Virus record (IMG/VR): IMGVR_UViG_3300037560_000117
Span: 1-59,921 of that record
DNA: 59,921 bases
Origin: a virus
Taxonomy: Duplodnaviria; Caudoviricetes
Reading direction: 5' to 3' (one strand)
The position numbers and the translations under genes are program-made. The notes beneath the pieces were generated by a model. That model was not told the origin of the DNA. It saw only the letters and a program-made list of their open reading frames with translations, and did not search any database. Positions 46,568 through 54,676 of the stretch are shown here, piece after piece. Position 1 is the stretch's first letter, and each line of letters starts with the position of its first letter.

Positions 46568-47557
46568 TTAGGACGGGCCAGTACAATCACCAAAAGCACC
46601 GACCGGCTGAGCCCAGTCACCTTCAACGATAATCGGTTGTGTGTATTCTAATGAAGTGGCCGCTATAATATTTTCATCTGTCATTGATTCGTATGCTGTG
46701 CCGTTGGCGATTTGTTCCATCACAGCCTTAGTCCGATGGATGGTCTTACCAAATGCAGATTCGTAATTAGCAATTTTCGTCACCTTATCCGGTGAAATTT
46801 TGAAAGTCGATGCCCATTGGTTTGCATTGCCGAAAATACAAGTCATACAAGATAGCCGCCCCCAGCCTAAACGGTAAGCCGGATGCGGGTTGATCTTCCA
46901 GCTTTTCATAATACCCCATATCCGCGATTCGGTCCACTTGTGAACCGGTCGCCATTGATGTACTACACGATTAAGATTACCGCCTTCGCGATTGCAGGCA
47001 TGCGGTTCAAATGTCTCGTACTTGGCTCTGGCTGATGATTCCTCTGCACGTTCACCAGAAATAAACAAAGTACGGTTACTTAAAAAACGCTTTTGGTTGT
47101 TGATGGCAATACGGCCAACATCGATCTTCAAATAGGCCGAACACCAGCGAACCGACAACGAAGCCGATGTCTGTGGAAATATTTTGCGAGTCGATAGTTT
47201 ACCTCTGATACCACCGGCTTGCTGTACTGTACCGTCAGGACATTCAAATTTCACAGGCGCGGTTAGTGAGTTTTCTCTGTTCATCTCGCCCTCGAAACCG
47301 CCCACTTTCCAGCTGAAATAGATTTTGATTCCCATAGCGTCAGCAAACTTTCTACAATAGTCCCTTGTGCAAGACCAGTCCATCAACGTCGAACCCTCCC
47401 GACCATCGATATCGTGATGCCACAGTTCTATCCGATCTCTGCTGATTCCCCTATCTAGTAAATGAAGCACACAGGCCACGGAGTCTTTACCGCCAGAGAA
47501 GGCAACAATGTAGATGTTGTAATTGTACAAATCAAAAGTCCTACTTTGCTTGTTCAT
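46568..47557 (-). CDS. PAPS reductase-family (PP-loop) protein
   Basis: AFSGGKDS, RWCSAYLK, GERAEESSARA and HPAYRLGWGRLSCMTCIF motifs. Confidence 0.92.
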   Translation of the reverse strand: MNKQSRTFDLYNYNIYIVAFSGGKDSVACVLHLLDRGISRDRIELWHHDIDGREGSTLMDWSCTRDYCRKFADAMGIKIYFSWKVGGFEGEMNRENSLTAPVKFECPDGTVQQAGGIRGKLSTRKIFPQTSASLSVRWCSAYLKIDVGRIAINNQKRFLSNRTLFISGERAEESSARAKYETFEPHACNREGGNLNRVVHQWRPVHKWTESRIWGIMKSWKINPHPAYRLGWGRLSCMTCIFGNANQWASTFKISPDKVTKIANYESAFGKTIHRTKAVMEQIANGTAYESMTDENIIAATSLEYTQPIIVEGDWAQPVGAFGDCTGPS

Positions 47558-47570
47558 CTCCTACCTCTTT

Positions 47571-48740
47571 CTACACCACTTCTATTATTTCTAATTCACT
47601 GTGGAAGTGCGCGCTGTCTCCGTTAGTTAACTTAGCTTCGATGTCCATCCAGTACGGGGTGTCATGTGTGATGCCGTCATTGAAAGAACACCTGTATAGG
47701 GTGTCGGCGTTGTTGGGGCAATCTTCGGGCAATATTATTTCGGCAATAGTCGCCGTACGACCTACATTGCGGGGATCGCCGGTATCGGCAACAGCGATAA
47801 TGCGAACCAGAGTTCCGGGAGGGTAGGCTCGATTATTCATCTGAGTCCGACACACAGGACATTGACTAACACCGCGATTTGTTGCTTTAATTACGTGAAA
47901 TTCGTCGATAGTTAGTTTAGGGAAACACCGAGTGCCGCTAGCACGTATCCAAAAATGAAGACAAAAGCCACACACCGCGTAATTCTCAGGCTCATTATCA
48001 TAAAGAGCAAGACGGGCATCGCGTGGTTCACCGAAGGCCATCGGCGGTGGTATTGGGGCATCTGGATCGATGTGGTTTCCGTGGGCAGATGGTCCGCCAC
48101 AGCCATCAAAACAAATACTACAATCCTGCGCAGGACCAATGTTCGATAAACACGAGTCGTCGGACTCCCCCGTGTTACGGTCCTCCTCCTTAAGCGGTAT
48201 GTCCCGCATTACATTTCCGAGTTCGATCATTCCACGTTTAACAGCGTCTGGTCCTGTGCCGTGGTCGTCATTCTCCGCGTCCCAGTCACACTCAGTACAG
48301 CCAAGTGCACCTTCATCGATGCTGTAGGCAGGTCGCGTAGCAAGACTATCCTGTCCACAGTCGGGGCATAGTCCTTTGGTCAGCCGTTGTTCTCGGATGT
48401 AATATCGTAAGTTGTCCATTTTCTCGGCCGCTGTGTCATCGATTTCCTCAAATGGAATGTTCTTACTGGCATAACGACCACTACATGTCTCCGGCTTTTC
48501 GGGGTCGCGGTCCACGACAATCTTAGCAGTGGGGATGCTGATCTCCACGAGTTCGGCGTCTTGTTCTGCTTGTTTTATGGTTTCCCAATCTTTCAATTTG
48601 AGGTTATGATACACGCCGTATGTGCCATCTCCGTATTTTACGTGGGCCAGATAAGTCTTGTCGTCGTTCTGTGCCCAGTAGTGGATTTGCTCAACATCGG
48701 TCAAGCGATCCATTCTGTTCTGTTGGCTTTGGTTGTTCAT
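47571..48740 (-). CDS. Multi-domain hypothetical protein with zinc fingers
   Basis: Several CxxC pairs; start MNNQS after the conserved RBS leader. Confidence 0.6.
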   Translation of the reverse strand: MNNQSQQNRMDRLTDVEQIHYWAQNDDKTYLAHVKYGDGTYGVYHNLKLKDWETIKQAEQDAELVEISIPTAKIVVDRDPEKPETCSGRYASKNIPFEEIDDTAAEKMDNLRYYIREQRLTKGLCPDCGQDSLATRPAYSIDEGALGCTECDWDAENDDHGTGPDAVKRGMIELGNVMRDIPLKEEDRNTGESDDSCLSNIGPAQDCSICFDGCGGPSAHGNHIDPDAPIPPPMAFGEPRDARLALYDNEPENYAVCGFCLHFWIRASGTRCFPKLTIDEFHVIKATNRGVSQCPVCRTQMNNRAYPPGTLVRIIAVADTGDPRNVGRTATIAEIILPEDCPNNADTLYRCSFNDGITHDTPYWMDIEAKLTNGDSAHFHSELEIIEVV

Positions 48741-48757
48741 TTTCCGTTCCTTTCTGT

Positions 48758-49177
48758 TCACACACCAGCGGTCGGGCTAGTGTTGTTCTTTTGTTCCTCT
48801 AACCACTCATTAAGGAAGTCTTCGCCGTTCTCCGAGTACCACTCGTTAACAGCATCGCAGATATAATAGTATATAGCCGTCATTCCGTTGTTTTCGAGCG
48901 GGTTGTTACCGGCTCCCGCGTTTTCGTAGGCTTCTTCGAGTTCGGACTTATGTAAGAACCACTGGGCTTCGATTTCGTAAGTCTGTACAGGGACATTGCT
49001 GTCGATGATTTGATTGACTTGGCCGTCGTGGTCAAGTTCTCCTATCTCCGGTACGCTGTCTCCTTCTTCAAGTCGATCATCCTTGAATGCGACGATCAAG
49101 ATTGCTTTTACCTCTTCTATTGCCGTATCGCAATAGTCTTGGAGGTTGTCTTCGATTTCGATTGTTCGCTTGCTCAT
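48758..49177 (-). CDS. Ocr-like acidic DNA-mimic anti-restriction protein
   Basis: IDSNVPVQTYEI, EAYENAG, AIYYYI and ENGEDFLNEWLEE align with T7 Ocr segments as recalled; very acidic. Confidence 0.65.
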   Translation of the reverse strand: MSKRTIEIEDNLQDYCDTAIEEVKAILIVAFKDDRLEEGDSVPEIGELDHDGQVNQIIDSNVPVQTYEIEAQWFLHKSELEEAYENAGAGNNPLENNGMTAIYYYICDAVNEWYSENGEDFLNEWLEEQKNNTSPTAGV

Positions 49178-49210
49178 TTTTCTGTTCCTTTTTGTTTGGT
49201 CGTTCTTATC

Positions 49211-49780
49211 CTATATTGTGGCTTCGGTATTTTCGGATTCTCCGCACTGGTCACAACCGTCTCCGCAAGTGCCCTGTCCACAGTTGGCGCAATATCTGTC
49301 GAGGTCTTCTTCTTCCTTAATAGGGGTAAGTTGAACCGCCGTAAGGAAGTCAGTTTGAGTGTATCGGCCACACAGCTTGGCACCGGCCAAAGCGCACGCT
49401 TCTTCGTAAGAGTTCAGGACTTCCGGTGTCAGGACTCTTGGGATGACCGAATCTAGTCGGGCCTCTCGTAAAATTAGACGAGTGACAGGAACAGCAGCGA
49501 ATAGGCGATCAGGGTCGTGCCTGAGTATGTGCCCGAATCTACATTTGATTACATCGGCCAATCTGCCGACTTGGGCCTCGGTCAATGCGCCCTCCTTTTT
49601 TGCCTCTGCTTCTGTACAGTCGGCGTGATGATCGCCGGATTCATTGCGTGTGACTTTCGAAAAAGAGCCGTCCCTGTTCTGAAAATACGTAGTGTAATAT
49701 TCGCGGGCACGGTCGGTCCATACGGTACGGAGGATTGTGGCTCCGCCATCCGTCTTGTTCTGTTCGTTTGATCTGGTCAT
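49211..49780 (-). CDS. Early hypothetical protein
   Basis: Conserved AAGGAACAGAA leader; C-terminal Cys cluster. Confidence 0.6.
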   Translation of the reverse strand: MTRSNEQNKTDGGATILRTVWTDRAREYYTTYFQNRDGSFSKVTRNESGDHHADCTEAEAKKEGALTEAQVGRLADVIKCRFGHILRHDPDRLFAAVPVTRLILREARLDSVIPRVLTPEVLNSYEEACALAGAKLCGRYTQTDFLTAVQLTPIKEEEDLDRYCANCGQGTCGDGCDQCGESENTEATI

Positions 49781-49809
49781 TGTTCTGTTCCTTTCGGTCG
49801 TTTCTTCTA

Positions 49810-50016
49810 TTAACTGCGGATAATCAAATACGCGGGGTTCGAGCCGTTACGATATCGCATGCCAAATCCGGCTTGACATACGGCCCTGTTAAGTCCGCCT
49901 GAACCGATGCTATTATAATCGAGAGTCGATATGTCGATTTCCGTTTGGCCGGTCATCCGATCACGGATCACCTGAGCGAGTAGGGCGATTTTGGTTTTTT
50001 GTGTTGGCTTTCTCAT
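49810..50016 (-). CDS. Early hypothetical protein
   Basis: Conserved AAGGAACAGAAAA leader. Confidence 0.6.
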   Translation of the reverse strand: MRKPTQKTKIALLAQVIRDRMTGQTEIDISTLDYNSIGSGGLNRAVCQAGFGMRYRNGSNPAYLIIRS

Positions 50017-50073
50017 TTTTCTGTTCCTTTTCCAAAGGGCACCGGGATTAGCCGATGCCCCCTTATATAATTG

Positions 50074-50214
50074 TTAACTTCGCGGACAGGTGCCATACTC
50101 GAAATAGTCGAACATTTCATCTGCGGTGATGGTGTCCGCGTTAACTGCGTCCGTGGCCTGTTCGCTGTTCAGCGTTCCGGCCTTCATCATTCTGATTGTC
50201 TTCGTTCTGGTCAT
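50074..50214 (-). CDS. 46-aa early protein (not in the ORF track)
   Basis: AAGGAACAGGAA-ATG; MTRTKTIRMMKAGTLNSEQ...YGTCPRS; first gene after a sigma-54 promoter. Confidence 0.6.
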   Translation of the reverse strand: MTRTKTIRMMKAGTLNSEQATDAVNADTITADEMFDYFEYGTCPRS

Positions 50215-50259
50215 TTCCTGTTCCTTCCAGTTAGTGGGTTTTGTTTCACCCTAATAAAA

Positions 50260-50276
50260 AGCAAACATCGTGCCAG
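50260..50276 (-). promoter_or_regulatory. Sigma-54 (-24/-12) promoter P1
   Basis: CTGGCACGATGTTTGCT. Confidence 0.8.
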
Positions 50277-50588
50277 AACGACCAAAACAAAGAGGAGGCA
50301 CTGCCCTTGAATTCTCCTTGCGCCTGCTCCCAAATAGCCCTGCCTCCAAGGAAGGCCAAGGGCGACCCCTCTACGGACGCCGGAGAGGTAAGAGGCGGGG
50401 GTGTTGTTGTTTTGCATATATATGCAACGGAGGGGTATAGGGAGTTGCCCTTTTGCATACGTCGGGCACCTATACGTATAAGCCGAAAACCCGCGCGGAG
50501 CGCGGGCTTCTGGCTGTATGTAAGGAACGACCAACCATAGGGGGAACAACCCTATATTTTTGCTCTGGGGCATCATACCCCTAAGTAA

Positions 50589-50605
50589 AGCAATTAACGT
50601 GCCAA
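50589..50605 (-). promoter_or_regulatory. Sigma-54 (-24/-12) promoter P2
   Basis: TTGGCACGTTAATTGCT. Confidence 0.8.
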
Positions 50606-50675
50606 ATTTTAAACGGGGCGGCATTTTCATAAACCACCGCCCCGCCCAGAATAGAACAGAAGAAAGAATCATAGA

Positions 50676-51593
50676 CTAGCCTCTCGGCTTTTGAAAGTTG
50701 CTCTTGGTCCGTGTGATCGGCACCAATGGTCGGGGTTTTCGTCCGTCGATTACAATGTCCGTGCCGATTAAGGTACACTGCCCGTTGATAATTGGGACAG
50801 CGTGTACCGAGAAAAGACCGCCTGCGTAGAAATCAACAACACCGAACATGTGTGCCCAGTTGACGGGTCGCTTGTTGAGCCATGTATTCGCTTCGGGGGT
50901 CATGTCCTTTAAGCAACCAAGGGAGTAAGCACCCTTCGGACCGTCAGCGTGTGTGACGTGCATCGCTTGATAGTCGTGCCAGTGGCCATAGACGATGTTC
51001 ACACCCATGCGGAGCAGGTGGTTTCGAGCGTGATGGATGCCACCGTACAAGTGACCATGGTAGAAATTCAACTTTCCGATTTTAAGTAACTTGCCACAGG
51101 GGAGGACCTGCCACCCGCGTTTCCTCCAATCGAATATCTGTTTGAATTGATACCCAGTCGCTTCGTCAAATGGCGTGTCAGCGTAGTCTGGGTTAGTTTC
51201 CACGAATCGATCTAACCATATATCGTGATTGCCAGTTAACATATGCTTTATCTTCACACCCGCTTTTTCACAGGCACGGTCAAGTGGATCGAGTATGTAC
51301 TTTCTAACCATACGGGCATCGTGCCGGATACCGACAGCGACTTCGCAAGGGTCGGGAGTTCGTGTTCGTTTATGTCTATGGTGGTTAACGCTGATCCACT
51401 CACCGAGGTCGCCCAGATGAATAATGCCCGTGGGTTTTATTAATTCAATTGCCTGTAGTACACACTCAAGCGCAGGCCGATCAACAAGGTCACCATGTGT
51501 GTCCGGTAATACAATATACCGTTGTGTTATCTTCTTTTTCTTCTTAGTCACTCTCATTCGTGGGCTTACCCTTCTTTCGTTCTGTACCGGCAA
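50676..51593 (-). CDS. Calcineurin-like metallophosphoesterase
   Basis: PDTH, HLGD, GNHD, YHGH and YGHWH motifs. Confidence 0.92.
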   Translation of the reverse strand: MPVQNERRVSPRMRVTKKKKKITQRYIVLPDTHGDLVDRPALECVLQAIELIKPTGIIHLGDLGEWISVNHHRHKRTRTPDPCEVAVGIRHDARMVRKYILDPLDRACEKAGVKIKHMLTGNHDIWLDRFVETNPDYADTPFDEATGYQFKQIFDWRKRGWQVLPCGKLLKIGKLNFYHGHLYGGIHHARNHLLRMGVNIVYGHWHDYQAMHVTHADGPKGAYSLGCLKDMTPEANTWLNKRPVNWAHMFGVVDFYAGGLFSVHAVPIINGQCTLIGTDIVIDGRKPRPLVPITRTKSNFQKPRG

Positions 51594-52245
51594 TCACAAC
51601 CGTGAAAGGTCCTTCTATTCCAAGGGAAGCGAAGGTCCGAGCCACGGATAGATTGATGACTTGTTCTATTTGTTGTGTTGTTTTTGCTGTGAATATTCGC
51701 ATCTGGCCGGTTAACTCTACACCTTGCGTGTGAATCTTATAATCAACGGCTGTGTGCTCTCTTGGTAGGGCAGGGGTGAAACTTGGCTGGGTCGAGTCGG
51801 TGGAGGAGGGGGGATGCTCTTCACCATCGACGGGTGAAGGCACGGAAGCAACCTCCGCATTGGTGACGTCGGCTTCTCCGGTGGTAAGGTCTGTGAGGTA
51901 AGCACCAGATACTAAATCCATCGATGCGATGATGATGGCTCCGACATACGTGTTGAGGTCGGCGAGGAAGTGCTTCGATACCGGTATTTTCTTCTTTTTC
52001 CCTGTATTGATGGTCTGCTTGATTCTGCTATCGCAAATCAATCTATCTGTTATTGGGGTTGATGGTATATCAACCGCGAGTGTGGTCACACTTACCTTAT
52101 TGGCAGGGTGCTTACCGGTTAGAATGGTGACGCGCTCGATTTCTTCTTCCAGTTGTTTTAAGAATTCCTTGGTGATTAGCGTCTTTTCTGTGCGCTGTGC
52201 CTTTGCGAATCGCTTCACTTTTGAATCTACTGTGTGTCCGATCAT
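51544..52245 (-). CDS. Candidate tandem bacterial-type histone-fold protein with extra C-terminal domain
   Basis: Two repeats: DSKVK..ITKEFLKQL..I..TLAVDI and DSRIK..VSKHFLADL..V..II.AS. Confidence 0.5.
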   Translation of the reverse strand: MIGHTVDSKVKRFAKAQRTEKTLITKEFLKQLEEEIERVTILTGKHPANKVSVTTLAVDIPSTPITDRLICDSRIKQTINTGKKKKIPVSKHFLADLNTYVGAIIIASMDLVSGAYLTDLTTGEADVTNAEVASVPSPVDGEEHPPSSTDSTQPSFTPALPREHTAVDYKIHTQGVELTGQMRIFTAKTTQQIEQVINLSVARTFASLGIEGPFTVVIAGTERKKGKPTNESD

Positions 52246-52322
52246 GTGTGGGTGTGTCTCCTTCTATTCTGTTGTTTATCTGGCTTGTCGGGCACCGGTC
52301 GGCCGATACCCACCCCGTATAA

Positions 52323-52339
52323 AGCAAACTTCGTGCCAA
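52323..52339 (-). promoter_or_regulatory. Sigma-54 (-24/-12) promoter P3
   Basis: TTGGCACGAAGTTTGCT. Confidence 0.8.
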
Positions 52340-52415
52340 ATTCTCAGAGCGGTCCCGCGCGGGCACCCGTCCACAGGAGATTTTAAGCGGGGCACGGGCT
52401 TCGAGGCGTCCGGAG

Positions 52416-52604
52416 TATCTTAAGATATACAGACTCCTGACGGTCCTAACGGTCCTGACGGCAACGCGTTGCGTAATCTTGTATGTCGGATTGCATACTC
52501 AGTCGGCACGTTAGGACCGTCAGGACCGTGCGGAGTCTGTACGGGGTCCCGACAGTTTATCGCACTGCGTTGCGTAATTTTGTATGTCAGATTGCATACT
52601 GAGT
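52416..52604. repeat. Repeat complex: inverted 9-bp iterons (52435-52461 and 52509-52529) plus a ~38-bp direct repeat (52466-52503 and 52567-52604)
   Basis: GCGTTGCGTAAT(C/T)TTGTATGTC(G/A)GATTGCATACT(C/G)AGT twice, 101 bp apart. Confidence 0.85.
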
Positions 52605-52628
52605 TGCAATGCGATGCATCCGGCTCCT

Positions 52629-53303
52629 CTACGGTAACAGTCTCGGACTGCCATCATTGACAATCCATGATCTTTGTGCTCTGCCTGTGTGTTCGATTAG
52701 CGAATCTGGGTGAATGCTCGCGTTAACGTACCCACGGCCCCGTGCATTCCGGTAATACGAGGTGTCCACAGTTCGGATTAGTCGCCTAGTGTCGAAGGTA
52801 CCATTCGCACGATACATTTCAGCCGACATTAAGATACAACAACCCATCGGGTATTTGGTCACACTGATCTGTGTTGTTGATCCTTCTTTAACGTTGAGTT
52901 TGGTGGAAGGCCAACGGGCACCGGACAGCCCGCACAGTAGTAAGTCCTTATGTTCTTCGTATGCACGGGTTAATTTCTCATGCCACCCGTGCTTGAAGTC
53001 GAGATCACTATCACAGAATAGATAGTGTGTGGGTTCCTCTATCTTCCCTACAATACACCGCTCCTTTGCGACCGATGCACCGAGATTCCAGCCGTACGGC
53101 TTACCTCTGTTGACACGTAGGAATACGAGGTTGTCAATTCGATCTCTAAATTCAGCCAATAGCTCGATCATCTCTGGCTGTGATCCGTTGTCGATTACGG
53201 TGACCGACACCTTATCAGGACTGATGCCACTGTTGAACAACGTCTCCAGTGTGCGTCGTGTCAGAGCTACACGCCCAAAGGTGACGATGATGACCGCCGT
53301 CAC
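52629..53303 (-). CDS. GT2 glycosyltransferase
   Basis: VIIVTF, VIDNGS, NRGKPYGWNLG and FCDSD (DxD) motifs. Confidence 0.9.
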   Translation of the reverse strand: MTAVIIVTFGRVALTRRTLETLFNSGISPDKVSVTVIDNGSQPEMIELLAEFRDRIDNLVFLRVNRGKPYGWNLGASVAKERCIVGKIEEPTHYLFCDSDLDFKHGWHEKLTRAYEEHKDLLLCGLSGARWPSTKLNVKEGSTTQISVTKYPMGCCILMSAEMYRANGTFDTRRLIRTVDTSYYRNARGRGYVNASIHPDSLIEHTGRAQRSWIVNDGSPRLLP

Positions 53304-53737
53304 TCTGCAACTCGCTCGAAGTGTGGTCCATCAAAGAAGCCCTTAAAGCTACCGCCCCAACGAAGCTTGACGCCCTTGGAGTAAGCAACAGTGAGGATCA
53401 CACCCGCTAGCATGTAGAATGCGCCCATGCGCTTTACATATTCCATGGTGGTTTGTTTGCGGATATCAGGCCACTTAATCGGGAAGGGCGCAATATCAAC
53501 CGCATCGGACTTTTCTGTGTTGTATGTACCGTCATCATTACGGGACCGATTGTGCCGACTCTTGGGATACGTGGCCTTACTGCGGCCATTAGCTACTGCC
53601 GCGTTCTGTGCTTCTTCGCCTCGTAAGCCGTCAAGGACCGAGAAGTCTACGATCTCGATGGCGGTATACAGTACATCCTGTATGTCCTTGTGCAGTGTGG
53701 CGATTGTCTTTTTGCTTCTTGTGCTGAAATGTGGCAT
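53300..53737 (-). CDS. Endolysin, M15 (L-Ala-D-Glu) peptidase
   Basis: GLR..E.Q, SRHN, AVDI, LRWGG and DGPHFE motifs. Confidence 0.9.
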   Translation of the reverse strand: MPHFSTRSKKTIATLHKDIQDVLYTAIEIVDFSVLDGLRGEEAQNAAVANGRSKATYPKSRHNRSRNDDGTYNTEKSDAVDIAPFPIKWPDIRKQTTMEYVKRMGAFYMLAGVILTVAYSKGVKLRWGGSFKGFFDGPHFERVAE

Positions 53738-53738
53738 G

Positions 53739-53972
53739 TCATGCTCCTCTTCGTTTAGTGGGTCTTGATTGACGAATCATCAGTCTTGCTTTGCGAGCTG
53801 CTTTTCTTTTACAATCCTCACACCAAAGTGCTCTGGGTATGCCTGGCACCAGTGTGACATAAATGTCGCCGTTGTGTGCAGTGGTAGTGGTGACTGTACC
53901 GCCCTCACACTCCGCGATTTGAGTTAACAGACTCTCGATTAAGTCTTGTCGATGCGTACTTAATTCAGCCAT
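53739..53972 (-). CDS. Hypothetical protein
   Basis: Start MAELST after GAGG RBS; lies in the lysis module. Confidence 0.5.
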   Translation of the reverse strand: MAELSTHRQDLIESLLTQIAECEGGTVTTTTAHNGDIYVTLVPGIPRALWCEDCKRKAARKARLMIRQSRPTKRRGA

Positions 53973-54250
53973 CCCATCGCCCTCGCTCCGGTAGCCAACA
54001 GCCCAAGACCCCCACCTGTGGAGACTACCCACACGAAGATTCTGGTTGTTGTGCGCCGATATTGCGAGTTCTTTGCGACGCGCCTATCGACGCTAATGTG
54101 TACTTCATCGTGCTTGGCTAGGTGTTGCTCGATTTTCAACACCAAGCTACCCATCTTAGTATGGACTTGGTGTTGTTTTAGTTCAATAACGCGCAGTCGC
54201 TCTGCATCACCACGTGTGAACTCGACAGGCTCGTTTTTGCCATTTCCCAT
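53960..54250 (-). CDS. Membrane protein (lysis module)
   Basis: Coiled coil plus C-terminal TM helix. Confidence 0.6.
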   Translation of the reverse strand: MGNGKNEPVEFTRGDAERLRVIELKQHQVHTKMGSLVLKIEQHLAKHDEVHISVDRRVAKNSQYRRTTTRIFVWVVSTGGGLGLLATGARAMGWLN

Positions 54251-54256
54251 GGTTGT

Positions 54257-54661
54257 TTATTTCCCTCCGAGTTTATTGACGATCTGCGGTATAATCTTTT
54301 CTGCTCCTCTACTCCCAATATAACCGCCAATGCCGATTTGTAACAACGTCCACATCTGGTCGGCAATTTCGAAAGCCAATATTCCGCAGTAGTGTGCGAC
54401 AATTAGTGTTAAGAACGTGAGCATAGTGAGGGGCCGCCAGTTGCGCTGTAGCCATGAATCGCCCTTGGCCTCCGTCATAATGACGTCGGCTTTCATTTGT
54501 GTGATCTTAGCTTCGTAGTCGAGCACACGCTCGGCGAAGCTGTTCTCGATACTGGACAACTCATTGTGTAGTGTGATCTTTTCTTCATCAGATGTGTGAA
54601 GGTTGTCGATCAGGCTTGTGACCGGCTTGAGTATACCGCCAATTAAAGATAAAACGCCCAT
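54257..54661 (-). CDS. Holin (3TM, GTA-type)
   Basis: IDNLHTSDEEK, EAKGDSWLQRNWRP and GGYIGSRGAEK motifs. Confidence 0.85.
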   Translation of the reverse strand: MGVLSLIGGILKPVTSLIDNLHTSDEEKITLHNELSSIENSFAERVLDYEAKITQMKADVIMTEAKGDSWLQRNWRPLTMLTFLTLIVAHYCGILAFEIADQMWTLLQIGIGGYIGSRGAEKIIPQIVNKLGGK

Positions 54662-54676
54662 GTGTGGCTCCTTATT

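Noticed and set aside
52466-52604. Mini CRISPR array
   Set aside because: Only two repeats, the intervening sequence is itself made of 9-mer repeats, and there are no cas genes
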